Positions 1-8,173 of a DNA stretch of 35,989 bases are shown here, in pieces (within the stretch, counting starts at the first letter, position 1; every line of letters begins with the position of its first letter). The notes under the pieces were generated by a model. That model did no database searches, had not been told where the DNA came from, and saw only the letters and a program-made list of their open reading frames with translations. A program made the translations under genes and the position numbers. Source of the DNA: a virus (lineage: Duplodnaviria; Caudoviricetes); the IMG/VR virus record IMGVR_UViG_3300010398_000022, positions 1 to 35,989 of that record. One strand, written 5' to 3'.

Positions 1-1839
1 AACTCCAGTATTCCAGTTCATGTGAACATTTGTTTTGAATGAAGGCATGTAACTTACTTCTGTCATCTGTGGTCTACCTCCAAATGATATAGCAACAATA
101 ACACCAGCTGTCATTGTTCTTTGAGCTCCACCAGATGGGACCCAGTATTCAGTGCAAAATTGAGCACCAGAAGAATAACCACCAGCAGCTACTCTGCTTT
201 TGTCAATTGGATATTGTGAATAAATAAAATTAACAAGGTCTTCAACCCATTTAGCATAGCCTGGTGGGTCACCTTGATACCAGCATGAACCATCACCATC
301 AGCACATGCTTTGTTGGGTGAGAAGGGTGTTAACAATATCATATTATTTTTCTTGGCTATGGCTATCATGCCATTGCTACCAGCCATCAAGTAAGTATCA
401 TTAGGATGGTGTAAGCCAAATTCAGCAGAGCCATCAGTATATAGCAATAGACCAACAGGCTTTTGCCAGTTTAGACCAGCAGCATAAAGATGATATTCTG
501 ATGTGTATTTGCCATTTGCAAATGATAGATTTGTTCTATCTGTTAGTGGGCCAGTTGTCATTGGTGGTGAAGGTGGTTGACCAGGACCTCCTGCACCTGT
601 TCCTGGAGGAATATCTGTGAATGTTGTATTGTCTGTGCTATAGCTTAAGTTGAATTTAGCCTTACGTTCATCACCCTTATACCAGGCTATTTTTACTCGG
701 TCTACAGGGTGGTTTTGGCCCATGTCTATTGTCAGTTGAGCATTGGTTGAATTTTGTGACCATCTGGTTGCTAGATTTCTGTCTATAGCTCCAGTGGCTT
801 GATTGCCATCATTGCCATTGTCTGTTGCACTAGTAAGGGCATAACCATGCTGTATAGCACCTCCTCCCCCTCCTGCAACTGGGACTGTCCCTGGTGGTGC
901 ATTTACAGCTCCACATGTTCCTGGTGGTGGGGTTCCACCTCCTGGTGGTGGTGGATTACCACCTTGAAAACATGCTCCACTGTTGGTATAGAGATTGAAC
1001 ATTGGTGAATTAGCAGCAAAGTCTAGCCACTTGCTGCCATCCCAGGCTTGAGCATAACCACCATTATATTTGGCAGGTGGAATTGTTCCTAATACATTTG
1101 GTTGTGAAGTTTGAGCTATGTCAACATGGTTGGTTGCTGTTCCATCCATGTATTCAATGCCTATCCTCCAGCCTACTGATGGTAATGGGTTAGAAGCCAC
1201 ATCAGTTGGAGTGTTGAAGGTTTTAGTGGTCATTGTTGTAGAAAGACCTGAAACATCCAGTGTTCCAAGTGTTCTTATCACTGTGTTGTCTGTTGCTGAT
1301 GGTATTACTGTTCCAGCAGCCATAGCCCATACCTTTACTGTAGCTGTGCCAGTTGGTGAGCCTACCTTTGCCATTTGGATATCTATTTTATCTGGAAATT
1401 GATTGTATGCAGGATGTTTTACAGTGGCTATGTTTAGAACAACACGCTTATTGGTTTGATTTAGACTTATTAGAGCAGCTGGTGTTTCTCCTATGTTTTG
1501 CCAGAATTGATAATAGTCAGTAACAGCATCAATTGCAGAGGCAAGTTGAGGCACAGCAGTGTTGGCTGTTGTTGAGGATAGAATTGCTAGACCAACAAAA
1601 TTATCTAGTTCACCAAAATAGGCTTTCATATCTGCTAGAGGTGCACCACTAACATTTTTTACGAAAATAACTCTATGGTCAGTTACACCAGTTTCTGAAT
1701 CAGACTCAGAAACATCAGACCATAAATTATTTAGAAGGCCATTAATAATTTCTGTATTTGAAATAGAGCCTCCAATACTTGCAAAAGGGTTAGTGTTGGA
1801 AGACCCTCCACTGAGATAAAACTTGATCTCGTTAGCCAT
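1..1839 (-). CDS. Multidomain virion/adhesin protein (3'-truncated by window, >613 aa): 'YLSGG' carrier domain, Pro/Gly linker, partial F5/8 discoidin domain, alpha/beta-hydrolase (esterase) domain
   Basis: Not in the ORF track. Manual translation from ATG 1839 (MANEIKFYLSGGSSNTNPFASIGGSISN...) stays open to base 1. It contains the discoidin-like NGNDGNQATGAIDRNLATRWS...LTIDMG...IAWYKGDER and the nucleophile elbow YPIDKSRVAAGGYSSGAQF (GxSxG at 166-180). Confidence 0.85.
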   Translation of the reverse strand, partial: MANEIKFYLSGGSSNTNPFASIGGSISNTEIINGLLNNLWSDVSESDSETGVTDHRVIFVKNVSGAPLADMKAYFGELDNFVGLAILSSTTANTAVPQLASAIDAVTDYYQFWQNIGETPAALISLNQTNKRVVLNIATVKHPAYNQFPDKIDIQMAKVGSPTGTATVKVWAMAAGTVIPSATDNTVIRTLGTLDVSGLSTTMTTKTFNTPTDVASNPLPSVGWRIGIEYMDGTATNHVDIAQTSQPNVLGTIPPAKYNGGYAQAWDGSKWLDFAANSPMFNLYTNSGACFQGGNPPPPGGGTPPPGTCGAVNAPPGTVPVAGGGGGAIQHGYALTSATDNGNDGNQATGAIDRNLATRWSQNSTNAQLTIDMGQNHPVDRVKIAWYKGDERKAKFNLSYSTDNTTFTDIPPGTGAGGPGQPPSPPMTTGPLTDRTNLSFANGKYTSEYHLYAAGLNWQKPVGLLLYTDGSAEFGLHHPNDTYLMAGSNGMIAIAKKNNMILLTPFSPNKACADGDGSCWYQGDPPGYAKWVEDLVNFIYSQYPIDKSRVAAGGYSSGAQFCTEYWVPSGGAQRTMTAGVIVAISFGGRPQMTEVSYMPSFKTNVHMNWNTGV

Positions 1840-1855
1840 CTGCTGTTATAAAGCG

Positions 1856-1883
1856 ATAGTTATATCATTATGGTAATAACTAT
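1856..1883. promoter_or_regulatory. Divergent promoter region with inverted repeat ATAGTTAT-N12-ATAACTAT
   Basis: Perfect 8-bp inverted repeat between divergent starts 1839(-) and 1901(+). Each TAGTTAT arm begins 43-44 nt upstream of one start codon. Confidence 0.5.
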
Positions 1884-1900
1884 TTACTGTCTGAAAAAGA

Positions 1901-2908
1901 ATGGGTAGAATAGGCATAGATGGTGTTTTTCAGATATGGCCTTCACAAGATCAAGGTGAAGTTTGGTATTTCAATGTCTTTAACTTTAATGGTGATACAA
2001 GACTAAATTGTGATGGTGTTATCAAGGGTTCAAATCAAGATGGTTTTGCTGTTATTGATAATCCTGCTCCTCATGTTTATGTTGAGACTTCTACAGGTTA
2101 TACCTTAAAATCATTACCACAGCGCATAAGCCACAAAGAAATAGCTTCACGTGGCTATATGTATAAGGTTAATGATTGGGAGCAGGTTGAAATTACTACA
2201 TATTTTAATGTGCTTCAGGCTGATGATGATCTAACCATAGCAATATTTGCTCGTGGTGCTGAATTCACTACTCCAATGCCTTGGTGTCCTGGCTCTAGCT
2301 ATAAGTTGGAAATAAGAAAAGATGGCAAGTTTAGGTTTGTTAAACAGCAATATTTCTTGCAGGCCACACCATGGTCTCAAGGTTGGGTTGATGTTCCAGA
2401 TTTGTTTGATCCCTTGGTTTTGAATGGTTGGTTTGGTGTTAAGTTTGCTGTTTATAATAAAGACATTGGTGGTGGTAAACAGGGTGTTAAGTTAGAATTT
2501 TATCTAGACCCTGGTTCTTCTAATGCTTTTGCTAAGATAGGTGAATATACTGATAGTGGTGGTTGGGGTGGGTCTGATAGTGCCTGTGATGGTGCTGCTG
2601 ACCAGATAATTACATGGGGTGGTCCTCTTATTGGGTTTAGCTGGGATGCTGCTCAAAATCTTAAATTTAGATTAATGAGTGTTAGAACAATAAATCCTGG
2701 TGGCACATTTGGTGATCCTGTTCCTCAACCTGGAAAAGTTCTTGTTGCCTCAACACATGTTTATAGAATAGGAATTGCCGCTAAACAAACATGTGAAAGT
2801 GTTATTCCGCAAGACCCGAATCCGCCGCCTCCTGCTCCTGGCGGCGGTCTTACGACAACAGTAAAGCAATTTGCAGAACAGCATGATATGAATAAATTTC
2901 CTAGCTAG
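1901..2908 (+). CDS. Putative carbohydrate-binding/jelly-roll protein resembling a Nitrososphaera-type secreted protein family
   Basis: 335 aa. Motifs DWEQVEITTY, IFARG, WFGVKFAVYN and DSGGWG..CDGAADQIITWGGPLIGFSWD match, from memory, a family expanded in Nitrososphaeraceae. Pro/Gly-rich tail. Confidence 0.6.
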   Translation: MGRIGIDGVFQIWPSQDQGEVWYFNVFNFNGDTRLNCDGVIKGSNQDGFAVIDNPAPHVYVETSTGYTLKSLPQRISHKEIASRGYMYKVNDWEQVEITTYFNVLQADDDLTIAIFARGAEFTTPMPWCPGSSYKLEIRKDGKFRFVKQQYFLQATPWSQGWVDVPDLFDPLVLNGWFGVKFAVYNKDIGGGKQGVKLEFYLDPGSSNAFAKIGEYTDSGGWGGSDSACDGAADQIITWGGPLIGFSWDAAQNLKFRLMSVRTINPGGTFGDPVPQPGKVLVASTHVYRIGIAAKQTCESVIPQDPNPPPPAPGGGLTTTVKQFAEQHDMNKFPS

Positions 2909-2913
2909 CTAGT

Positions 2914-2997
2914 CTAGTTAATTCTGGATAGTTCATCAGCCCTAACCTTCCGCTGCAGCGCCAACCTTTCTAGCATAGTAGCTTTACTATCCAGCAT
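2914..2997 (-). CDS. Possible 27-aa microprotein MLDSKATMLERLALQRKVRADELSRIN
   Basis: ATG overlaps the upstream stop (TAATG at 2999-2995) and the ORF fills the intergenic gap. Confidence 0.35.
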   Translation of the reverse strand: MLDSKATMLERLALQRKVRADELSRIN

Positions 2998-4031
2998 TAA
3001 CTATTCCATTCTATTGTTATTTCACTCTTGTCTTTTAGGAAATAAGCTGAACGTGTAGGCACTTCAAGTTGCATCCAAAATCCAACAAATGCTCCTGGTG
3101 CTAAATCAGGTAGAGCTATGGCTGTATCTCTTGTGTTAGGGGTTGAGAAGGTTACACCAGTGGGAGCAGTTGTATCCACCCCACCTGGTGTTACGAGAGC
3201 TGTGCTTACCTTCATGCATAAATCAAAGTCAGGCACATTCCTAATTATCTGGCCATCATAATTTACTTGATGAGAATAGGCAACTGGGTCTGTTGGGCTT
3301 CTATTCACTGCTATATAATCAGTTAGTGTTCCAGATTTATATTCAAACCATATTATGTCATCAAGTCTAAGTTTGTAAGTGTTTGATAGATTTGTGAATG
3401 TAGTTACTGTGCTAGTTGTTGGTATTGATGATGCAGCTACTTGTCCAAAGTCTGCTCTTGTAGCAGTTGCAATATCAGCATCAGCAAAGAATGATCTAAC
3501 AAAACATTTCACTGGTGTGCTATCTGATGGATTACCATGTTTTATGAGATAGGCATCTATCTGAACTGGAGCTACATTATATAATGAAGATCTAGTGCTA
3601 TCAACTGATTGACCTGATCTAGTTCTATCATTATCCATCCTGGCTTCTGAAGAATTGAGAGGCACATCATATTTTGGCTGAATTGAGGCACCACCAATTG
3701 ATTGTTCCAGAGTATTTGGGACTGTCCCTGCATAGCCAAGCTTGATTTTGTCGGGTCCTGTTGTATCAGCATCTATGTATAGTTTTATGGCTGTGGCTGT
3801 GTTAGTAGCATTATTATTTTTTAGATAAAAACAATGGTATTTCTTTATTCCCAGCATACGTTCATCAAATGTGACATTTTTCCACATTGTTTCTGTTGTT
3901 AGTGTAGGTATTGTTAGATCTTGATCAAAGACTGCTACACTACTGATGGCTCCTCCCTGGTTGCCATCTGGGGTTGCTTTTGAAGCACCACCACTGTAGT
4001 ATATTTTCATATCACTTGCTGCTACTGGCAT
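2997..4031 (-). CDS. Virion structural protein, 'YxSGG' carrier-domain paralogue with inserted domain
   Basis: 344 aa. N-terminus MKIYYSGG..GGAISS..MWKNVT.DERMLG..YHCFYLKN is shared with 1-1839 and 4044-4589. C-terminal LAPGAFVGFWMQLEVP matches the end of 4044-4589. Confidence 0.65.
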   Translation of the reverse strand: MPVAASDMKIYYSGGASKATPDGNQGGAISSVAVFDQDLTIPTLTTETMWKNVTFDERMLGIKKYHCFYLKNNNATNTATAIKLYIDADTTGPDKIKLGYAGTVPNTLEQSIGGASIQPKYDVPLNSSEARMDNDRTRSGQSVDSTRSSLYNVAPVQIDAYLIKHGNPSDSTPVKCFVRSFFADADIATATRADFGQVAASSIPTTSTVTTFTNLSNTYKLRLDDIIWFEYKSGTLTDYIAVNRSPTDPVAYSHQVNYDGQIIRNVPDFDLCMKVSTALVTPGGVDTTAPTGVTFSTPNTRDTAIALPDLAPGAFVGFWMQLEVPTRSAYFLKDKSEITIEWNS

Positions 4032-4043
4032 CTTACTATGAAA

Positions 4044-4589
4044 TCAAGACCTTGATTCAATTATTAACTTGTATTGTGCTTCTATGTGGCTATCTGTTCC
4101 AGCAGGTATGAATCTTAGCAGGCTTATTGCTACCCATTGTAATGGGCCTAATTGGGTTAGAGATTCCAAAGTCGTATCAAAGTTATCAGTTATGCCTCCC
4201 CATGGTATTATTTGGTCAGTGTTAGCTCCAACTTCTGCATCAGCTGGTCTTGTGTGTTCATCTGGTTGTAAAATAGGCACAACCATGGGTCCAGATTTGT
4301 GAAATGTAGCAGCAACAAATGGGTCTAATTGTTGAAAATACATTTTCAAATTATAAAGAGTTTCAAGACTATTGTTGTAGAAATATATCCATCTGTATGA
4401 GGTATCACCTCCAAGTCTTTCTTGAACTGTTATATCATCCCACACATTATCAAATGTTCCAGAAACTATTTTGGCATCTGGAATGGCATTAGACATAGCT
4501 CCACCCAGACTTAGGAATGGATTAATATTTATTTCTCCACCACTGAGTCTAAATTCTAATTGGTCTAGAATTGTTGTTAGGTCAACCAT
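4044..4589 (-). CDS. Virion structural protein, minimal 'LSGG' carrier-domain paralogue
   Basis: 181 aa; FRLSGG..NPFLSLGGAMSN..DNVWDDIT.QERLGG.TSYRWIYFYN. Confidence 0.65.
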   Translation of the reverse strand: MVDLTTILDQLEFRLSGGEININPFLSLGGAMSNAIPDAKIVSGTFDNVWDDITVQERLGGDTSYRWIYFYNNSLETLYNLKMYFQQLDPFVAATFHKSGPMVVPILQPDEHTRPADAEVGANTDQIIPWGGITDNFDTTLESLTQLGPLQWVAISLLRFIPAGTDSHIEAQYKLIIESRS

Positions 4590-5051
4590 CTATTTTTTAC
4601 CCTGCCATAATCCTATTCTATATTCATAGACATTTTTGGTGTATGATGAAGTTTTCAGTTCTTTTTCATATTTGAATCCCAGTTCTCTAAGTCTGCGATA
4701 TTCTTCATTTGATACAATCTTGGTGTATTCATCTTGATAGTTGTCTCTGCCTTTTAGCATAGGGTTTGTTAAGGCTTCACCAATTTTCTTCATATCCATA
4801 GCAAAGTTTTTCGGCGTCGAAAGATTTTGTTTTAGTAGGAATGCTCCATATCTCCTGATTATATACTCTTCGAGATCCTCACGATTATGACAAATGTGAG
4901 GGTCAGCATAGTCATCTGAGCATGTGAAAGTTGCTGTTACCTCGTCTTTATTATAATCAAAAGTGAAATCAACATTATAGCCTATTTCTTGGGTTATGTA
5001 TTTTCTTATGTGTCTGGCTTTACACATTGTTACTGTTTTGGTATACATCAT
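4590..5051 (-). CDS. Hypothetical protein
   Basis: 153-aa ORF tightly packed in the operon; no recognisable motif. Confidence 0.6.
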   Translation of the reverse strand: MMYTKTVTMCKARHIRKYITQEIGYNVDFTFDYNKDEVTATFTCSDDYADPHICHNREDLEEYIIRRYGAFLLKQNLSTPKNFAMDMKKIGEALTNPMLKGRDNYQDEYTKIVSNEEYRRLRELGFKYEKELKTSSYTKNVYEYRIGLWQGKK

Positions 5052-5137
5052 TTTTGTTCACTCTTAGGACAGTCACAGTCACAATTTGGACATTCTTCAC
5101 AGATACAGGCTTCACAACAACCACACTTTAGAGTCAT
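5048..5137 (-). CDS. Metallothionein-like Cys-rich microprotein MTLKCGCCEACICEECPNCDCDCPKSEQK
   Basis: 29 aa with 9 Cys in CxC/CC/CxxC arrangements. Starts 1 nt after the stop of 5139-6095, and its TGA overlaps the next ATG (ATGA). Confidence 0.7.
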   Translation of the reverse strand: MTLKCGCCEACICEECPNCDCDCPKSEQK

Positions 5138-5138
5138 G

Positions 5139-6095
5139 TTAAAGCACAGCAACTGGACTAAAATATTGGTCTGGTAATGCGCCTTCCATTCTCATACCAA
5201 AGATATAGTAGAATTTTTGAATGCTTTCATTTGTCTTGAATCCACAGCTAACAACTTTACCACCAGCCAATGCACCGCTGTTAGGAACATTCGTAGTTTT
5301 GACTGATACTGTTTCAAGGTTGGAGATGTAGCGCGATAGATTAACACTAACATTCGGATTATGAATGATTGTAAGACCCTTTGCAGCAGTTTGCAATATT
5401 TCTTCCGTTGTCGGGTCGGCATCCCAGCCAACACCGTTGCTTGAGACGATAGAATATTGTCTAGCTGTTCCTGCAGTGTCACAAGCCTCGAGTCCATATC
5501 TTTTATCGAGTCCTTCCTGGACATTGACATTTTCCATGCCTATGCCTAGTTTTACTGTTATCTTTGTGTTGCTTGGTGAATAACCATTTATAGCAAATGC
5601 ACTTTGTTTGGATAGGTCAAGTGTTCCTCCTTGTGCTCTAATGTGGATATAATCGCCTGTTGCTGTTCCTGTGGTAAGGGTGAGGTTATCCTGCACATCA
5701 GCGGCATTTGAAGTTCCTTGGCTAAGACTTTTGAAGGCAGCTGCGCGTGGAAATACCATATCAAAGTTGACCCAGCTTGCAAAATTGGCCAGCCTAATCT
5801 TTCTGTATAATCCGCCGTCATCTGTTGCATCTGAGTTATGAAGGTGGAATATTCCTGAGTCTGGGACAAGATGACTACCATCTGCGCTTAGAAAATATGT
5901 TCTATCAGGCTTTAAACCACCACTCTCTGTGTTACCTATTGTTCTGAATGGCTTACCTGGGTTTATCTGGCTTAAATCTAAACTATTGATGTATTGGCAG
6001 GTTCCAATGGCAAAGGTTTTGGCATTTAGTTTACCTGGGCTGAGATAGGCTGTATTAATGTCAAGGTCATGGCCTATGTCTATGCTGGCACTCAT
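5139..6095 (-). CDS. Putative tail fibre/receptor-binding protein with lectin-like beta domain
   Basis: 318 aa, G/T/S/N-rich beta-type sequence. C-terminal region loosely resembles the C-termini of 22300-23859 and 25561-26535. Confidence 0.5.
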   Translation of the reverse strand: MSASIDIGHDLDINTAYLSPGKLNAKTFAIGTCQYINSLDLSQINPGKPFRTIGNTESGGLKPDRTYFLSADGSHLVPDSGIFHLHNSDATDDGGLYRKIRLANFASWVNFDMVFPRAAAFKSLSQGTSNAADVQDNLTLTTGTATGDYIHIRAQGGTLDLSKQSAFAINGYSPSNTKITVKLGIGMENVNVQEGLDKRYGLEACDTAGTARQYSIVSSNGVGWDADPTTEEILQTAAKGLTIIHNPNVSVNLSRYISNLETVSVKTTNVPNSGALAGGKVVSCGFKTNESIQKFYYIFGMRMEGALPDQYFSPVAVL

Positions 6096-6120
6096 CTGGT
6101 TTTATCCCCCCAAACGAGTT

Positions 6121-6128
6121 TATTTATA
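6121..6128 (-). promoter_or_regulatory. Possible archaeal TATA box (TATAAATA)
   Basis: Lies 26-33 nt upstream of ATG 6095 in a 45-nt intergenic gap. Confidence 0.35.
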
Positions 6129-6140
6129 CTAGCATTGCAA

Positions 6141-7526
6141 TTAGTGGCCAACATGAATATTCTCCGTTAGTTGAACTACAACATCTTTACCATGATAACC
6201 TGTGTCATATCCTGAGCCATCAAAACCATCAGCATCATAGCCACAACAACCTTGGGCTGTTGGCAATAATAAAGTGTAGCCTGCTAGCGCAATCTGGCCA
6301 AATGGATATTGAGCTATGCTTAATTTATTATCAAATAAAGCTTGTATATCTCCAACTGTGAGTTGCATATCTCTATACATTCTAAAATCTTGAATTCCAC
6401 CAATCCACTTATACCATGTTTGTTGATCTCCTGAGAATGGGTAAGCTGCTCCTATTCTCAACCTATAATTTTCGTGATAGTTAGGCACTCTTAATGTGGC
6501 TAGAGGGTCATCAATATCATCTGGTATATCTTCTTGGTTTCCTGTGAATAAGTCTAGGTGGTCTATGCTTTTCTGGCTGTAGTAAGTGACAACAGCATGT
6601 GGCTCTTCTGGAAAGAAAAATTGGCTGTCTACTGCTATTTGTATGTCATTGCCTGAGCCTGTTATATATCCATTAAAATCATAGCCATTTGGATCATAGC
6701 CTTCTTGCACATTGCATAGAATTGCTACTTGAAACATGGCTATAGTTTGAGAAGCCATATCTTCTGGGGTTTGTTGTTGTATGGCTTCAACATCATATCC
6801 AGTTGCTGTGTAACCTGTGTTTGTATAACCAGCGTGAGTTGTGGCTATAGTGCCTTGAGGTGTTACGACTGTAGTTCTTACTCCAGCTTTTGACCATGTG
6901 AATTTTATCGAGCCATCAGAATACATAGCACAGGCATAACCAAATTGCTGATGGTCATCATCTGATTTGGCGAATATATAACGTGGCTTTGATTGGTCTT
7001 GTGGGTCTGATAGAGTCCAGCTATTAGGCTTTAGATATATTCTAAAAGTAAAAGTCATAGAATTTACTTTCTGTGCTCGTAATTTGGGAGCATCTTCTAC
7101 AAAAACAAATGTGTAAGTTCCATCAAAATCAAAATATTGTGAGTTTTCACCAAAGCCAATGTCTATGCCATCATCCATTATCTTTTGTGGAGCATAGCCA
7201 GCTCCTGCATATTTTCCTCTATTACCAAAGCCTGATGCATCTATAGCATATCTACCCATCTGCATTAATGGCAGCATTAAAACAACATGGTTAAAGTCTG
7301 GTTCATATGGTGCATAGAATTGTGTTGTTACTGGTTTTACCTTTGATTGTAGTGTTAATTCATTATACTTTAGCAAGCTTTGTGTTGAACGATGTATAGC
7401 TTTGAAATCAGTGTTTTCTATTGTTACCTGTCTAGCTACAAACTTTTGATATTCTGCAGCTAAACCTCTTACAAGACTAGTGAGAGTGCTTTGTTTTCCT
7501 AATTGCCTAAAGCCTACACTGCTCAT
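6141..7526 (-). CDS. LamG/concanavalin A-like domain tail protein
   Basis: 461 aa; DASGFGNRG, YFDFDGTYTFV, LRIGA..WIGGIQDFRMYR..LTVGDIQALF are LamG_3-like motifs. Confidence 0.7.
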   Translation of the reverse strand: MSSVGFRQLGKQSTLTSLVRGLAAEYQKFVARQVTIENTDFKAIHRSTQSLLKYNELTLQSKVKPVTTQFYAPYEPDFNHVVLMLPLMQMGRYAIDASGFGNRGKYAGAGYAPQKIMDDGIDIGFGENSQYFDFDGTYTFVFVEDAPKLRAQKVNSMTFTFRIYLKPNSWTLSDPQDQSKPRYIFAKSDDDHQQFGYACAMYSDGSIKFTWSKAGVRTTVVTPQGTIATTHAGYTNTGYTATGYDVEAIQQQTPEDMASQTIAMFQVAILCNVQEGYDPNGYDFNGYITGSGNDIQIAVDSQFFFPEEPHAVVTYYSQKSIDHLDLFTGNQEDIPDDIDDPLATLRVPNYHENYRLRIGAAYPFSGDQQTWYKWIGGIQDFRMYRDMQLTVGDIQALFDNKLSIAQYPFGQIALAGYTLLLPTAQGCCGYDADGFDGSGYDTGYHGKDVVVQLTENIHVGH

Positions 7527-8173
7527 TCTGAACTACTCGTGTATACTGAATGAGTTATTGAAAAGAAATCTTCATTTTGATTATGGTCTACACCTTTGTT
7601 AGCTGGAAAGACTGAGCGATTCCACATCATTTGTTCAGGGTCAAAAACAGCCATGTTAACAAAGCCTATCTCATAAACAACCATTGAAGTTTCTCCAGGT
7701 GACATTAACCCACTATGTTTTATTATGGCTCCTGCTGCTGATATGAAACCACCATTCTGCCTAACATTTACTCTTAGAATTTCATTGTATAATCTAAAAT
7801 CAGCATCAGTCACAGCAACTTGTGAAGTCCCAAGTGCTAAGTAGTCGAATCTGTCGCCTCGTTCTCCCGTTATTATAGAGGCAGCTAATGTCCTTCCTGA
7901 ATTTAAAACACGGTCGAATTTCATTGTCTGTGCTATTGGTTCTGGAATAATATTGTCGTGAATAGTCTGATCGTTCCAATATCTATCTAGTTCATTTTCA
8001 AATGAATTGATTAATAGATATTTGTCTATGTGCATTTTTTTCTTTTGGTAATAGTTTATCTGGTCATATATTTTTCGTATTCTAGTGTAGGCATTTGATT
8101 GCCATGTTGTGCCTTGAGTTACATCAAGAAAATCCAGGCTTGTTATCATCTTATATTTATGTTCAAAAACCAC
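7523..8173 (-). CDS. Putative tail/fibre-attachment structural protein
   Basis: 216 aa; VLNSGR..FDYLALGTSQVAVTDADFRLYNEILR..YEIGFVN resembles phage tail-fibre N-terminal/collar-type domains. Related to 32380-32859. Confidence 0.5.
   Translation of the reverse strand: MVFEHKYKMITSLDFLDVTQGTTWQSNAYTRIRKIYDQINYYQKKKMHIDKYLLINSFENELDRYWNDQTIHDNIIPEPIAQTMKFDRVLNSGRTLAASIITGERGDRFDYLALGTSQVAVTDADFRLYNEILRVNVRQNGGFISAAGAIIKHSGLMSPGETSMVVYEIGFVNMAVFDPEQMMWNRSVFPANKGVDHNQNEDFFSITHSVYTSSSE

Noticed and set aside
2924-2994. Hammerhead ribozyme or fluoride riboswitch suggested by GGGCTGATGA on the minus strand
   Set aside because: The stem partner is followed by AAAG rather than GAAA, stems I and III with a UH site cannot be built, and the crcB 5' GGCGAUG hairpin is absent.
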